64,000 nucleotides of DNA from Candidatus Cloacimonadota bacterium. Lineage in GTDB: Bacteria > Cloacimonadota > Cloacimonadia > Cloacimonadales > TCS61. Below the pieces are notes generated by a model. It ran no database searches. It saw only the letters and a list, made by a program, of their open reading frames with translations, and was not told the origin of the DNA. Positions 26,034 through 37,150 of this stretch are shown piece by piece. Made by a program: the position numbers and the translations under genes. Each line of letters begins with the position of its first letter. The first letter of the stretch is position 1. The stretch is taken from contig JAIORE010000354.1 in the NCBI GenBank assembly GCA_021108315.1, forward strand, positions 27,919-91,918, read 5' to 3'.

Positions 26034-29000
26034 CTATTTCCTATTTCTTTTCTTCCCTGATCTTCCAATCACTCCGGTATTGGCAGACACATAATAGAAT
26101 TTATTCGTAGCGGGAATTAGTTCATTCCAAGTTGTTTCTATAATATTTTCCTGCTCAACTGACCAGCTTCCAATAGGTGTGTTCGGATCATCAGAGGAAT
26201 AGACTTTGTAAGAATCTGCTTCAACAACTTCATCCCAATTCAAAACAACTTGAGTTTCATTGACAGTTATTGTAATATTTAACGGTGCATCCGGTGGAGT
26301 TGCCGAAAGAGTGGTAAATGTTACCTCGTTTCCGTAAGCAGTTCCAACACTATTTGTAGCATAAGCACGTACATAATAGAAAGTTTCGGGATCGAGACTT
26401 GTGAGCGAACTGGTAAATGTTCCTGTCCCGCTGCTGTCTGTGGTGTGATCATCTGCTGTAGTGGGACTTGCTAAAGTGCTCCAGCAAACTCCCCGAGCTG
26501 TAACTGCAATTCCACCGTTTGCTGTGATATTTCCGCCACCGGTTGCTGTGGTTTGTTCGATGGCTGTGATTGCATCTGTGGTAATTGTTGCAGTTGTGAT
26601 TCCCGTTCCGCTGACAGCTACATTCTTGGTTACTGCTCCCGAGCTTATATGACTTATATTGCCGGAATAAACAGTGGCTGTTGTGGGTGAAAATCTTGCA
26701 TAAATTGTGGTTGTGGGAACTGATCCGGCGGTTGGAGTTAAAATTACCTGAGAAGAAAATGCTCTGCTGGTTTTTGAATTCAAGTTATTGCAGTTTGTTC
26801 TCATAGTTGGTGTTGTTGAAATTTCAAATCCGGTGGGTGCATCAATGGTAATATTTCCAGTTAAATTGCTTCCGGAAACAGTGTAATTCTGTTCTGATGA
26901 ATTTGTATTTATGGGAATATCTCCGAAATCCGGTAAAGAAGAAACTGAAACTGTAATTATTGGAGTGGCAGCAGTTGTAGTAAATGTAACCTCGTTTCCG
27001 TAAGCTGTTCCGACAGAATTAGTTGCATAAGCTCGCACATAATAGAAAGTTCCCGAATCGAGACTTGAGAGTGAACTGACAAATGTTCCGGTTCCGCTGC
27101 CGTCTGTGGTGTGATCATTTGCTGTAGTGGGACTTGATGAGACACTCCAGCAAACTCCTCTTGCTGTAATTTCACCATTTCCATCGTAAGTAATCTCTCC
27201 ACCACCTGTAGCTGAATCGGTTTCAATATTAGTGATACTATCTGTAGTAACATCAGGTAATTCAACGCCGTCTCCACCAACATCTACCGAAGCTCCCTGA
27301 GAATTCATACTGCTATGCGTGATTACATCAATATGTTTAAAAGCCATTTCAGGATGGAAACGAACATAAATTGTAGTTTGGGGAACTGTTCCGGTTGTCG
27401 GAATCAATATGATACTATTTCCAAAATCTCTGCTGCTGTTGATTCGTGGCATTCTTTCGGATTCATTTATTTTTCTACTTTGCCTGCTTGAGGTAAGCGA
27501 AATTTCAAATCCCCAAGGTGCGTAGATTTCTATATCACCTTCAAGATTTTCACCAGAAACAGTATAGGATTGTTCAGCAGAAACACTATTTACAGAAACT
27601 TCTCCAAAATCTGGTAAACTGTCCTGAGAGACAATAATCGTTGGACCAACAGTAATGAATGAAACCTGATTTCCATAAGATATTCCATAAAAATTTTCTG
27701 CATAAGCCCTTACATAATAAATCATTCCCGGCATTAGAGTTTCGAGATTACCGCTAAAACTTCCTGTACCGGAACCACAATTAATGAAATAATCAAAAAT
27801 TGTCGGTTCTTCCATTTCACTCCAGCAAATTCCTCTCATATATACTTCACTTCCTCCATCAGCAGTGATATTACCACCACCAGTGGCAGAAATAGTAGTA
27901 ATGTTTGTCACTGCATTTGTAGTTACAGTGGGTGATGTAGCACCGGTTCCATCGGTTTCAATAAGAACATCACTTCCTTGGGCATTATGAGTGATGACGA
28001 TATTTCCACTATATTCCACTGCTTCTGTGGGAGCAAAAGTCAAATCAAATTGCTGCATATCTCCTGTGATAATTTCATAATTTAGGGTATTTCGAGAAAG
28101 TTTATTTACTCGTTTGCTATTATTATTTCTATAAACCTGTTCGGATACTGAAAAACCTGCCGGAGTGGTGATTGTTCCGATTAAACTCATAGTGCCGAGG
28201 TTTTCAATAGCAAACATATTCGTAAATTCCTCACCAACTTGAATAGCACCAAAACCAATCGAATCGGGATAAACTGATATTTGAGGATAACCTACGTTTA
28301 ATTCCACCATAACCCAATACTGTGGCATTTGCGGATCATTGCTGTCTATTAAAATATTTGCCATATACATACATTCGGGAAGATCTGTGGAATCAAAGCC
28401 GACATTGATAATATCTGCTGTTCTGCCGGATTCGACAGTTCCGGTTACAGTTTCGCCACCATCTAAGCTCAACCATTGATCTGTAGGAGCTGATGATCCG
28501 GTAATTTCAACATCATCAATATAAACAAAATCTGCATCTCCAGGAACATTATACATTCTAAAAGCAACTTGAATACTGTTTCCATTATAAGCCGAAAGCG
28601 ACAAAACTTCCTGAGAATAAACATCAGTAAGCGTGGAAATATCAATTTCATCTATAAAACTCCAATTTGTTCCGTCAGAAGATACTTCCACACCAAAACT
28701 TCCACCAGACATTGCCCATTCATCTGTTTTGATATAATATGTAAGCTGGCAGTCATCGGTAGCAATGAATGAAGGAGTTATCAATCGTGCATCTTCAATC
28801 ATCATTCCATTTGCAGAAGCACAATACATTCCGTTATTGGGATACATTCCATCCTGCATCCAATCTTCTGTTCCGGCTACAATTTGCGATGTCCAATCCA
28901 TTGGAGGAAACATCATATCCTCAAAACCGGAAGAAACAAGAATATCCCTATTTCGAGAATACATAATTGAAGCAATGTAGTTCAAATTACTATTTCCAGT

Positions 29001-32000
29001 ATTATCAATGGTTAAATTTCGGGAGGTGGTAACATCAGGGTATTGTTCCTGAAAAATGAAATCCGGTGAAGCCATAATTTCGGGAGCTCGTCCAACACCA
29101 GTAACGGAAATCAATTCATCATCTCCACCCATACTATGAGAAATCGTTATATCACTATCGAAGTTACCATAATAAGAAGGCTCAAAAGTAACATTATATG
29201 TCCAAATGTCTTCAGGTAACAGACTATAGGAATACCCTTCCCGCTCAGGATTATTTTCGCTATTTCTTGTAGGGAAATCCTCTTCGACAGAATATCCTTC
29301 AGGTGTAGTAATTATCCCTTCAATCCACAAAGTTCCGGTATTTTCCAAAGTGAATTGCAAAACAGCATTTTCTCCCACATTCACATCACCGAATTCCAAC
29401 AGTTGGGTAGAAATTGACATTCCGTAAACACCTACTTCCAAATCGACATGAATATTGAATAAAGGATCTGATGTATCATTGCTGACTGTTCTGATATATG
29501 CCCAATAAAGATCATCGGAGAGTCCGGCAGTATCATAATCAACCTGAATGGCTACATCGGAAGCTCCGACTGCAATTTCGCCTTCGACAAACATTTTGTT
29601 ATCCAATGAAAGCCAAGAATAAAGAGGATTTACATCACCCGAAATTTTTACATCATCAATATATACTCCATTCCCCATCATATTCTCGTAAACTCGAAAT
29701 GCAACTTTGATATTCTGACCGGCATAATCTCCCAAAGAAACACATTTAAGTGTAAATTCATTGCTTAGATTTTCCTGATCATAGCTTTTCACTGAAGTCC
29801 AATTTGTTCCGTCGGTAGAAACCTCAATCCAAAATTCTCCAATATTACTTCCTTCGGGGGACATATATTCATCAGCTTTTAACCAATACTTTAAGATGCA
29901 GTTTTCCGTTGCAGTAAAAAAAGGTGTGATCAAACGAGCATCATTTACAAACATATAGCTTGCTTCCGCACATTTATTTCCGGTATGATAGTTCCATTCG
30001 TTTTGCATCCAATCTCCATAACCACCAATCGAGTGCAGAGTCCAGCCGGTCGGAGGGAAATTATTCTCGAAACCTTCCTCAAGAATTGTGTTCATATCGT
30101 TTGAGTATTCAACATACGCAAAATAATCAATATCAAGATTTCCCTCATTTCCAAATGTCAATAACTCGGAATCAGTTTGTCCGGGAGTTATGGTTTTCCC
30201 CATCGTTGTAGGTGAAATGGTAAATATCGTTTCCACTCCTCTTGCGAAACATGGAATTACAACATCACCTCCTGCCGCATTGTGAGTAATAATGATATTA
30301 TCCGAATAATCCTGTAATAAAACCGGTTCAAATATTACATTATAATTCGCAAATTCTCCAGCCGACACAACAAATGAAATACTGGTCCTATCACGAGAAA
30401 CTATTGTTTCCGCTGCATTTTCAAATTCTGATGAATTGTTTCTATAGCACATTTCCGTAACCATGAAACCGTCTGGATAACTGATGGAGCCGACAAGATT
30501 TCTTCCGCCCGGATTATTGATGCTTATTCCCAATGAATCAATTGTCCCGACAAACTGATCGCCAAAATCGAGAGTATCTGGGGAAGCTTCCATTATAGGC
30601 GGAGGAGCAGCTATTCCGTTTCCAGTCAGAAAGACAGTTTCGTCATCTCCACCAGCATTGTGGGTGATAATTACATTTCCGCTGTAAGTTTGAACTTCGG
30701 TGGGTTCAAAATCAAGAAGGAAAGTATTCGTAACGCCGGCATTAACAGAATATGTTCTTACATTTCTGTCGCTTGATTCACGCTGATCGTCTCTGGAACC
30801 GCCCAATATAGTGAAACCAACCGGAGTTGTGATTGTGCCGGAGAGAATTGCTCCGCCATCATTTTCAATATAAAATCCGCTTCTGCCAGATTGATCTACA
30901 ATGACATCACCAAAATCCTGTGAGGGAGGAGTAACGGAAATATGCGGTCCCATCGTCCAGGTAACCCTGCTGGAAGGATCATATTCATACGATGCTCCGG
31001 CAAAATCTCCGGTGGCTTCAATGAATTCAACTATTGCGGTAGAAGTGGGATGTTTGTACACATTAAAATTACTTCCCCAAGTGTTTTCAGGAAATATTGC
31101 GTTGTTGATTGTAAAATCCGCAGTATTATTAACTCTTAATAATGAACCGCCACTTACTCCATTTTGGAAAGTGCAGTTGTGGAAAGAATGGACAGGATCT
31201 ACTATTGCCGAACTCCAAAGATACACACCGTTGGAAGTCATGTTTTGGAAAATAGTGTATTCGGCACTAATTGTCCCATTATTTTTGATGTCCAAATCAT
31301 AATAATTTCCGGCAGCATAACATATAATATTCACTTCATTTCCGGCAGAACCGATTGTTTCTAATGTGCCACCCGAGTTCACAGATAATGTTTTATCATT
31401 TCCGACTTTGAGAATCGAGCCACCATCTAAAGCGAGAGTTCCTTCATTATTAATTGTTACATTTCCTGTGCAAGCTGTTTCATTTCCATTTGCGTTCAGA
31501 ATTCCTGCTTGAATTGTTAAATCACCATCCCAGATTGTTCGCCAGCCGGAAAGCAAAGTCAATTCTCCATCATTTTTACTTGAACCTGACGGCTCCTTAT
31601 CAACAATGATATTATTGAACATACAAAGACCAGCCTGCTGAAAAGTTGCATTTGCAGAACCGGAAAAAATTACAGTTGAATATCTGGCACTCCACCCGCC
31701 TTCACAAATTGCCACATCGCCGAGAAAATTGTGAGTCATTCCATAGGCATGATCACTCCAATAACCATTCGTTACCGATAAGTTTCCACCAATTGTAACA
31801 TTTAAATACGGTATGAAATGACTGGAAGATTTATTGATAATTAAGTTATAAAACTCCGGTTGAGACCAAACTGTGGAAAATATTTGCTCTTCTGTCCCAT
31901 CGAAAGTTACCGTAGAATTTCCGGGATGAAAGCTGGTGAAATCATCATTATCATCGTTATTATCACTCCAATGACCACCAACGTAGATGTTCACACTATT

Positions 32001-35000
32001 TTCATCATCAAATATCCTCATTGCAGTATCATTCTGTAAAGTCAGATTATTATCCACATCAAGAGTAGAATTCTCGCGAAGCAACAATTTCCCATCATTA
32101 ATGAAAAAATCATTTTCAACGTGAACTGTCTTTCCGGCTACAATGTCTGAGTAACTCAAACTTCCGGTTGTTTTTTGCAGAGTCAAATTATAAAATGTTT
32201 CATCTGATAAAATATCTGATTCATTCCCACCGAAAAACTTAACAGTTCCGCTTTCTTCATAGAAACCTGCTGTTCCACGCAAATTTTCCCAATCTCCGGC
32301 AACTAAGATCAAACCGGAATCAGAATCCAAACAACCATCTGTACCAATAGAAACATCATTATTTACGGTAAGATTATTGGAACTTGTCCGCAAAACGCCA
32401 TCAAGTAAAGTCAGGTTATTATTGATTACACAACTATTGGTTAATGTTATGGAACCCGGAGTTCCTGTTTTATTGATAATAACATTATTAAACCAATTAT
32501 TATTTGCGAGATAAATTGTAGCACTGCGAGTTCCAATAAATTCTATCGTTCCGGTATCTTGTTGGAAAACATCAACACTTAAAGCTCGAAGCCCCCAGCC
32601 GATTTTAATCGTTCCACCAAGTTGCTGGAAATTTGATGCGGCACCGAACTGAATTCCATTATAGGTTATTTGAAAACTACCGTCATTAATAATGGTCGTT
32701 CCCGAAAATGATTTATGACTTCCTTCATACGGAGTATCAATTATAAAGTTTCCGTTATTTATAACCAATTCGCCTGTAGAATACTGACCGAAATCATCCG
32801 CAATAGCGAGATTACCACCATTCATGGTAACTTTTCCATGTATAAAAAGATCTTCCGTGGTAACTTCGGCATCAGCATCAATAATTAGTTCAGCATCAGC
32901 ATAAATACTTATCCTTCCGGAAATATCAAGTTCATTTTCGTTTACATCAAAAATACTATTGGGATTAATCAGTAAATCTCCGGTTACGGTGACAGATTGG
33001 TCACCGTAATCACTAATTTCACAGTAATAATCGTCTTTATCTATTGAAATAGTTCCAAAGCTTGCTGTAGCAGAATATGAAAATATTCTTGATCGATTGC
33101 TTCCTTCAAAGAATACAGTATTGTCAGTACTAAACTCACAATTGCATCCATTGGAGAAAAGCCAGTCTCTTTTTGTATGAATTTCTCCATTTGTTATATT
33201 TGCAGTAGAATTCAGTTGCCAGTAAAAATAATTATTTACTGTAAGCTTATCATCAGGATCAGTCATTGATAAAGTGCCGAATACTTCCACATCGCCACCA
33301 ACATTGATCGTATTGCCATTCATAGTAAATGTCCCATCCTGAATAATAAGATCACCAGCCAAATTAAGATCTAAAGTTGAAAGTACATTTGCATTACCTG
33401 TTTTATTGATAATAATATTTCCAAAATCATTTCCTGCGTGACAAGTAATCGAGGACACGTTTGACCCATATAATTCAAAAGTAACATTTTCAGGAGAAAA
33501 ATCGTTTCTCTCACACAAAATATTTCCGATAGTGCGAATTCTCCCTCCATTGATATTTTCTGTAAATTGGTGGATAGATGAATTAACAATTCTAATTCCA
33601 TTATCTTTAAAATCCAGAATACCTCCGCTCATGTCAATCCTGGCATTCCCATATTGGGGCCAATAGCTATCGCGGGTACCTCCATAAATGTTAAAAATCC
33701 CACCTTGAATGGTCAGTTCACAAAATAAATCAATACATGCCCCTGTTCCCTGATGGAAATTTAATTCACCGTCCATAACATAAATTCTGCCTTCAATTCC
33801 ATTAGCAACTATATCATTAGCTGTAAATGTTCCACCATCGATGTATAATGCTCCGTCAATCCAATCGTAACTCTCGCAAGTGGTAATACCTGAAGGAAAT
33901 TGTAATACACAATAATGTCCATCAAGAACGATATTATTGAATTCTTCTCCATAGCAATATGATTGATCGTCTCCATTAAAATATACAGTGTTTGTCCCTG
34001 GGTTGAACCAGCCGGATCCTGCATTATTTTGCCAATTTCCACCAATATAGATATCATGGTTATAGGCTAACAATCCGCCGCTATTAATAGTCAAATCCCC
34101 ATGAAGATATAACTCAGTATTTAATCCAATAACTCCGGAAGTACTAATATCAAGACTATAAAAATAATCTGTAGAACTACAGCTTAAATTCGAATGTCCA
34201 CCAGTTAGTTTAAATGTTCCTGCATCAATTTCGAAATTGCCATTATTTGTGAAAGCATCTCCAATTTCTATTGTTTGATATGAGCTTGAGTGAAACATCG
34301 TTCCTGTTCCAATTGTGAGGTCTCCCAGCATAATCCAGTCCTCCGTGGAAAAAATATGATAGTCAAATACGCCCCCGTTCTTATTTATTATCACATTATA
34401 AAATGTTGTATTGGAATCATTATTAACAAGATAAGCATTCTGATTTGAGACAAAATAAACAACTCCACGATCCATTTGAACATCTGCTCCATTATAAATT
34501 GTCCAATTATTATAACATACAATCATGCCATTCATCAATTCAACATTCACAATTGACCCTTCGTGGCTGGTGATGTTCCCCTGACACTCAACAGAACTGG
34601 ATGAACTTGATAATCTTAGTTCACCAAAAATATCCAAATCTCCGTAAACGTTAAAATATTCATCTTGAACTGTTACCATTGCCCCACTTTCTATTGTTAA
34701 ATTTCCACTATATGCCGTATCATTTTGAATAACAGGATTATATGTACAACCGGATGGTATTACAAGATCATGGAAATTTTCAGGAACAGCATTATTTGAC
34801 CAATTTCCAGGTTCATGCCAATCAGTGGAAACATCTCCTTCCCACAATCCGGCAGGATAGATAGAAAGGGTAAAATCTCCGGAATATAAACCACTATTTG
34901 ACACAATACATAACCCGTAATTTCCCGCTTGAGTAGGAGAATAATGAAATGCTTCATCTGCTCCTGCACCTATATTCTCTGATGAAGCCACACTATTATT

Positions 35001-37079
35001 CTTAGTAAAATATCCGTCTCCTCCCCATTTGAATAATGCAATATCAAGATCTAAATTATTTTCGCTCGAAATCAATAATTCAAAATAATAATCATCAGGA
35101 GTTAAATGAATATCCCACATTCTCACAATATCCGTATCCCAGCTTAGATTATGAGTTGTATTAATTGTTAAAGTCTCTGGAGTACCATCAAATCCAATTC
35201 CTCCCGTATATACTTCATCATTGCAATTTACTTTAATTCCAAATTCTTCTTCTGTTGCATGATAACCATCAATGACGATATAATTTACCTGTTGCCAAAG
35301 ATGTGATTCTATGATTTCATTTGTAAAGCTCAAATCATCAAACATTTTCATATACCAAAATACAGTTGGACTATTATGTAGTGTGCCGACAATTCCCCAA
35401 GTTTGTTCAGTGTGATTTATTGAAAAAAAATCTGGTGTGGTTTCAATATATTCTGTGTTCAAACTTGAAATTTCCTGCAAACTACCGCCCGGTTGCATTT
35501 TAAAATTTCCGTAACTGCCGTCCATAGCCATTATCATATCGGTGGTGCTGCTACAAACTTCAATCTTAACACGACAGAAATCTGATTGACCCTCAGGAAA
35601 AATTGGATTATCAATTTCCGGAACTACCCAATCATAATTTCCATCATTTTCTGTGTTTTCATCAATAAGAACCCATCCGCAAAGAATGTCGTCTAAATCG
35701 CCCGATCCTTCCAATCCATACATAAAATTATAATATAGTTTGCAATATCTATCGGGTTCATCAAGATCCCCAGTCCAGGAAATTTCCCAGAAATCATTTG
35801 CTTCTAATATCTCACTACCTGAATTGGAATTGAATACGGTTCCACCATTCGGTGAGGAAATTTCTACCTCATCCCCGTAGTTATATGAAAGAGATACCCA
35901 ATAATGCCCTTCCAGCATTGATCTTGTGATTGTTCGAATGGTACTAAGATTTGGATCGTGAGTATGAACCTGTGCCGGTGAAGATATATAGCCTACTCCG
36001 ATTATCGAATGTTCATCAATGCTGATATGGCAAGGTCTTTGATTATTGATGGAGCCTTTAATCTCATCAAATAATTCTCGTACTGTCCACCACGCTGCAT
36101 AGTGTCCGTCTGAACTGCATACGTATCCTCTGTCTTCTACTGCCTCAATATATCCATCACAGATATTCCATCTTTGTGTTGATCCATCGCTATCGGTATC
36201 CATCGTCTGATGTAGACGATATTGAATCATTGGTATATGATGATCATAATGTCCAACCGGTTCCTGAATGCCATCAGTTTCCGAAAAATGGTAATCTATC
36301 AAATTGCCAAAGCCGCGATAATGATCCCACCAGGCGAGCAGCATCGCTGCTGAAGTTGGAGTACATCCATAATGCCATTCCAGAAACGGCATATATTCTT
36401 CACCCGGTATCCAAACTGTTGATCTGGACATTGTTTCTCTATTTGTGTGAAATCTCTGCCAATCTTCTTCGAAATTATCACGTTCCCAAAAGTAGTTTTT
36501 TTCATCTGCAAATCTCCAAAACTCCTCTTCCGTTTTTACTTTTACGAGCGGATCAATATTTATGTATTTTTTTATATTACTACTTGAAACACAATACCAT
36601 ACATTCACCAACCCGAAATAATAGATTTTCTCTAATTTGTATTCTCCTTTAAATTCTTTATTTGCAATTCTTTCCAACTTTTTGCCATAAGCATATTGAG
36701 GAGAAAGGCATTTTGCATATTCGATAAATACAGGCATATACGTCTTTGCACCAATTACCATGTTTGCAAATTCATCATCACCCCAACCTGATTTCCTTTC
36801 ACCATTTTTAAATGCCTGATCACATTCTTCTTTGAGATTTTCTGCATCAGGAAAATTTCCATTTAATGAATAATTAAAATGATATGCAATGATTTCATCG
36901 TCGGGTCCATAATACGGAATCGGATCTGCAGGGTAAACATCTCCCCACAAAACTTTTGCATTTCTTAAGGCAATTTCTGCAACTTCGTCCAATGGTATTT
37001 CTTTAATTTCAGCATTTAGAACTACTGATAGACTAACTAATAACACTAAATATAAAATAAACATAATTTTCTTTCTCAT
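26034..37079 (-). CDS. Giant secreted surface protein (3681 aa): papain-like (C39_2/C10-like) cysteine-peptidase head, beta-helix-like repeats, Ig-like and jelly-roll-like domains, three FN3-like YYVRAYA repeats, C-terminal FN3-like module with basic tail
   Basis: The ATG at 37079 follows AAGGAGA. Signal peptide MRKKIMFILYLVLLVSLSVVLNA. The head has WHYGCTPTSAAMLLAWW (Cys), DEHSIIGVGY (His) and HDPN. The motif GLWEGDVSTDWHEPGNWSNNAVP follows. The body is homologous to 17247-24926. There are three EGFE..FPP.GW...IDDV.I.G domains and three ...RG(V/I)CWS...YYVRAYA(T/E)N...YGN.V.F.T repeats. The C-terminus is ...LNWDEVVEADSYKVYSSDDP...KFYYVSANTGVIGRSGKKRNRK. No T9SS CTD. Confidence 0.85.
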   Translation of the reverse strand: MRKKIMFILYLVLLVSLSVVLNAEIKEIPLDEVAEIALRNAKVLWGDVYPADPIPYYGPDDEIIAYHFNYSLNGNFPDAENLKEECDQAFKNGERKSGWGDDEFANMVIGAKTYMPVFIEYAKCLSPQYAYGKKLERIANKEFKGEYKLEKIYYFGLVNVWYCVSSSNIKKYINIDPLVKVKTEEEFWRFADEKNYFWERDNFEEDWQRFHTNRETMSRSTVWIPGEEYMPFLEWHYGCTPTSAAMLLAWWDHYRGFGNLIDYHFSETDGIQEPVGHYDHHIPMIQYRLHQTMDTDSDGSTQRWNICDGYIEAVEDRGYVCSSDGHYAAWWTVRELFDEIKGSINNQRPCHISIDEHSIIGVGYISSPAQVHTHDPNLSTIRTITRSMLEGHYWVSLSYNYGDEVEISSPNGGTVFNSNSGSEILEANDFWEISWTGDLDEPDRYCKLYYNFMYGLEGSGDLDDILCGWVLIDENTENDGNYDWVVPEIDNPIFPEGQSDFCRVKIEVCSSTTDMIMAMDGSYGNFKMQPGGSLQEISSLNTEYIETTPDFFSINHTEQTWGIVGTLHNSPTVFWYMKMFDDLSFTNEIIESHLWQQVNYIVIDGYHATEEEFGIKVNCNDEVYTGGIGFDGTPETLTINTTHNLSWDTDIVRMWDIHLTPDDYYFELLISSENNLDLDIALFKWGGDGYFTKNNSVASSENIGAGADEAFHYSPTQAGNYGLCIVSNSGLYSGDFTLSIYPAGLWEGDVSTDWHEPGNWSNNAVPENFHDLVIPSGCTYNPVIQNDTAYSGNLTIESGAMVTVQDEYFNVYGDLDIFGELRLSSSSSSVECQGNITSHEGSIVNVELMNGMIVCYNNWTIYNGADVQMDRGVVYFVSNQNAYLVNNDSNTTFYNVIINKNGGVFDYHIFSTEDWIMLGDLTIGTGTMFHSSSYQTIEIGDAFTNNGNFEIDAGTFKLTGGHSNLSCSSTDYFYSLDISTSGVIGLNTELYLHGDLTINSGGLLAYNHDIYIGGNWQNNAGSGWFNPGTNTVYFNGDDQSYCYGEEFNNIVLDGHYCVLQFPSGITTCESYDWIDGALYIDGGTFTANDIVANGIEGRIYVMDGELNFHQGTGACIDLFCELTIQGGIFNIYGGTRDSYWPQYGNARIDMSGGILDFKDNGIRIVNSSIHQFTENINGGRIRTIGNILCERNDFSPENVTFELYGSNVSSITCHAGNDFGNIIINKTGNANVLSTLDLNLAGDLIIQDGTFTMNGNTINVGGDVEVFGTLSMTDPDDKLTVNNYFYWQLNSTANITNGEIHTKRDWLFSNGCNCEFSTDNTVFFEGSNRSRIFSYSATASFGTISIDKDDYYCEISDYGDQSVTVTGDLLINPNSIFDVNENELDISGRISIYADAELIIDADAEVTTEDLFIHGKVTMNGGNLAIADDFGQYSTGELVINNGNFIIDTPYEGSHKSFSGTTIINDGSFQITYNGIQFGAASNFQQLGGTIKIGWGLRALSVDVFQQDTGTIEFIGTRSATIYLANNNWFNNVIINKTGTPGSITLTNSCVINNNLTLLDGVLRTSSNNLTVNNDVSIGTDGCLDSDSGLILVAGDWENLRGTAGFYEESGTVKFFGGNESDILSDETFYNLTLQKTTGSLSYSDIVAGKTVHVENDFFINDGKLLLRENSTLDVDNNLTLQNDTAMRIFDDENSVNIYVGGHWSDNNDDNDDFTSFHPGNSTVTFDGTEEQIFSTVWSQPEFYNLIINKSSSHFIPYLNVTIGGNLSVTNGYWSDHAYGMTHNFLGDVAICEGGWSARYSTVIFSGSANATFQQAGLCMFNNIIVDKEPSGSSKNDGELTLLSGWRTIWDGDLTIQAGILNANGNETACTGNVTINNEGTLALDGGSILKVGNDKTLSVNSGGTLETIGSAGNEVNIICYAAGNYYDLDIKNNGTISAEYTIFQNMTSNGVYLWSSAIVDPVHSFHNCTFQNGVSGGSLLRVNNTADFTINNAIFPENTWGSNFNVYKHPTSTAIVEFIEATGDFAGASYEYDPSSRVTWTMGPHISVTPPSQDFGDVIVDQSGRSGFYIENDGGAILSGTITTPVGFTILGGSRDDQRESSDRNVRTYSVNAGVTNTFLLDFEPTEVQTYSGNVIITHNAGGDDETVFLTGNGIAAPPPIMEASPDTLDFGDQFVGTIDSLGISINNPGGRNLVGSISYPDGFMVTEMCYRNNSSEFENAAETIVSRDRTSISFVVSAGEFANYNVIFEPVLLQDYSDNIIITHNAAGGDVVIPCFARGVETIFTISPTTMGKTITPGQTDSELLTFGNEGNLDIDYFAYVEYSNDMNTILEEGFENNFPPTGWTLHSIGGYGDWMQNEWNYHTGNKCAEASYMFVNDARLITPFFTATENCILKYWLKADEYMSPEGSNIGEFWIEVSTDGTNWTSVKSYDQENLSNEFTLKCVSLGDYAGQNIKVAFRVYENMMGNGVYIDDVKISGDVNPLYSWLSLDNKMFVEGEIAVGASDVAIQVDYDTAGLSDDLYWAYIRTVSNDTSDPLFNIHVDLEVGVYGMSISTQLLEFGDVNVGENAVLQFTLENTGTLWIEGIITTPEGYSVEEDFPTRNSENNPEREGYSYSLLPEDIWTYNVTFEPSYYGNFDSDITISHSMGGDDELISVTGVGRAPEIMASPDFIFQEQYPDVTTSRNLTIDNTGNSNLNYIASIMYSRNRDILVSSGFEDMMFPPMDWTSQIVAGTEDWMQDGMYPNNGMYCASANGMMIEDARLITPSFIATDDCQLTYYIKTDEWAMSGGSFGVEVSSDGTNWSFIDEIDISTLTDVYSQEVLSLSAYNGNSIQVAFRMYNVPGDADFVYIDDVEITGSSAPTDQWLSLDGGETVTGTVESGRTADIINVGFDSTDLPECMYMANILIDSNDPQMPQYWVMVELNVGYPQISVYPDSIGFGAIQVGEEFTNMFAIENLGTMSLIGTITTPAGFSVSEQVYRNNNSKRVNKLSRNTLNYEIITGDMQQFDLTFAPTEAVEYSGNIVITHNAQGSDVLIETDGTGATSPTVTTNAVTNITTISATGGGNITADGGSEVYMRGICWSEMEEPTIFDYFINCGSGTGSFSGNLETLMPGMIYYVRAYAENFYGISYGNQVSFITVGPTIIVSQDSLPDFGEVSVNSVSAEQSYTVSGENLEGDIEIYAPWGFEISLTSSRQSRKINESERMPRINSSRDFGNSIILIPTTGTVPQTTIYVRFHPEMAFKHIDVITHSSMNSQGASVDVGGDGVELPDVTTDSITNIETDSATGGGEITYDGNGEITARGVCWSVSSSPTTANDHTTDGSGTGTFVSSLSSLDSGTFYYVRAYATNSVGTAYGNEVTFTTTAATPIITVSVSSLPDFGDIPINTNSSEQNYTVSGSNLTGNITIDAPTGFEISTTPTMRTNCNNLNSKTSRAFSSQVILTPTAGSVPTTTIYARFSPTTATVYSGNISHISSGAVTKNVAVSGTGITTATITTDAITAIEQTTATGGGNITANGGIAVTARGVCWSTLASPTTADDHTTDSSGTGTFTSSLTSLDPETFYYVRAYATNSVGTAYGNEVTFTTLSATPPDAPLNITITVNETQVVLNWDEVVEADSYKVYSSDDPNTPIGSWSVEQENIIETTWNELIPATNKFYYVSANTGVIGRSGKKRNRK

Positions 37080-37150
37080 AATTCTCTCCTTGTCTCGGCA
37101 TATTTTTTGAAGCCGGACGAATTTTCACATTTTACGTTTTACATTTCCCA

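Noticed and set aside
26461-36652. Numerous 60-158-aa ORFs on both strands inside the giant genes, for example 30901-31302, 36176-36652, 60487-60861 and 5036-5400
   Set aside because: All are nested in long, uninterrupted, domain-rich ORFs on the other strand or frame. None has an RBS or recognisable motifs.
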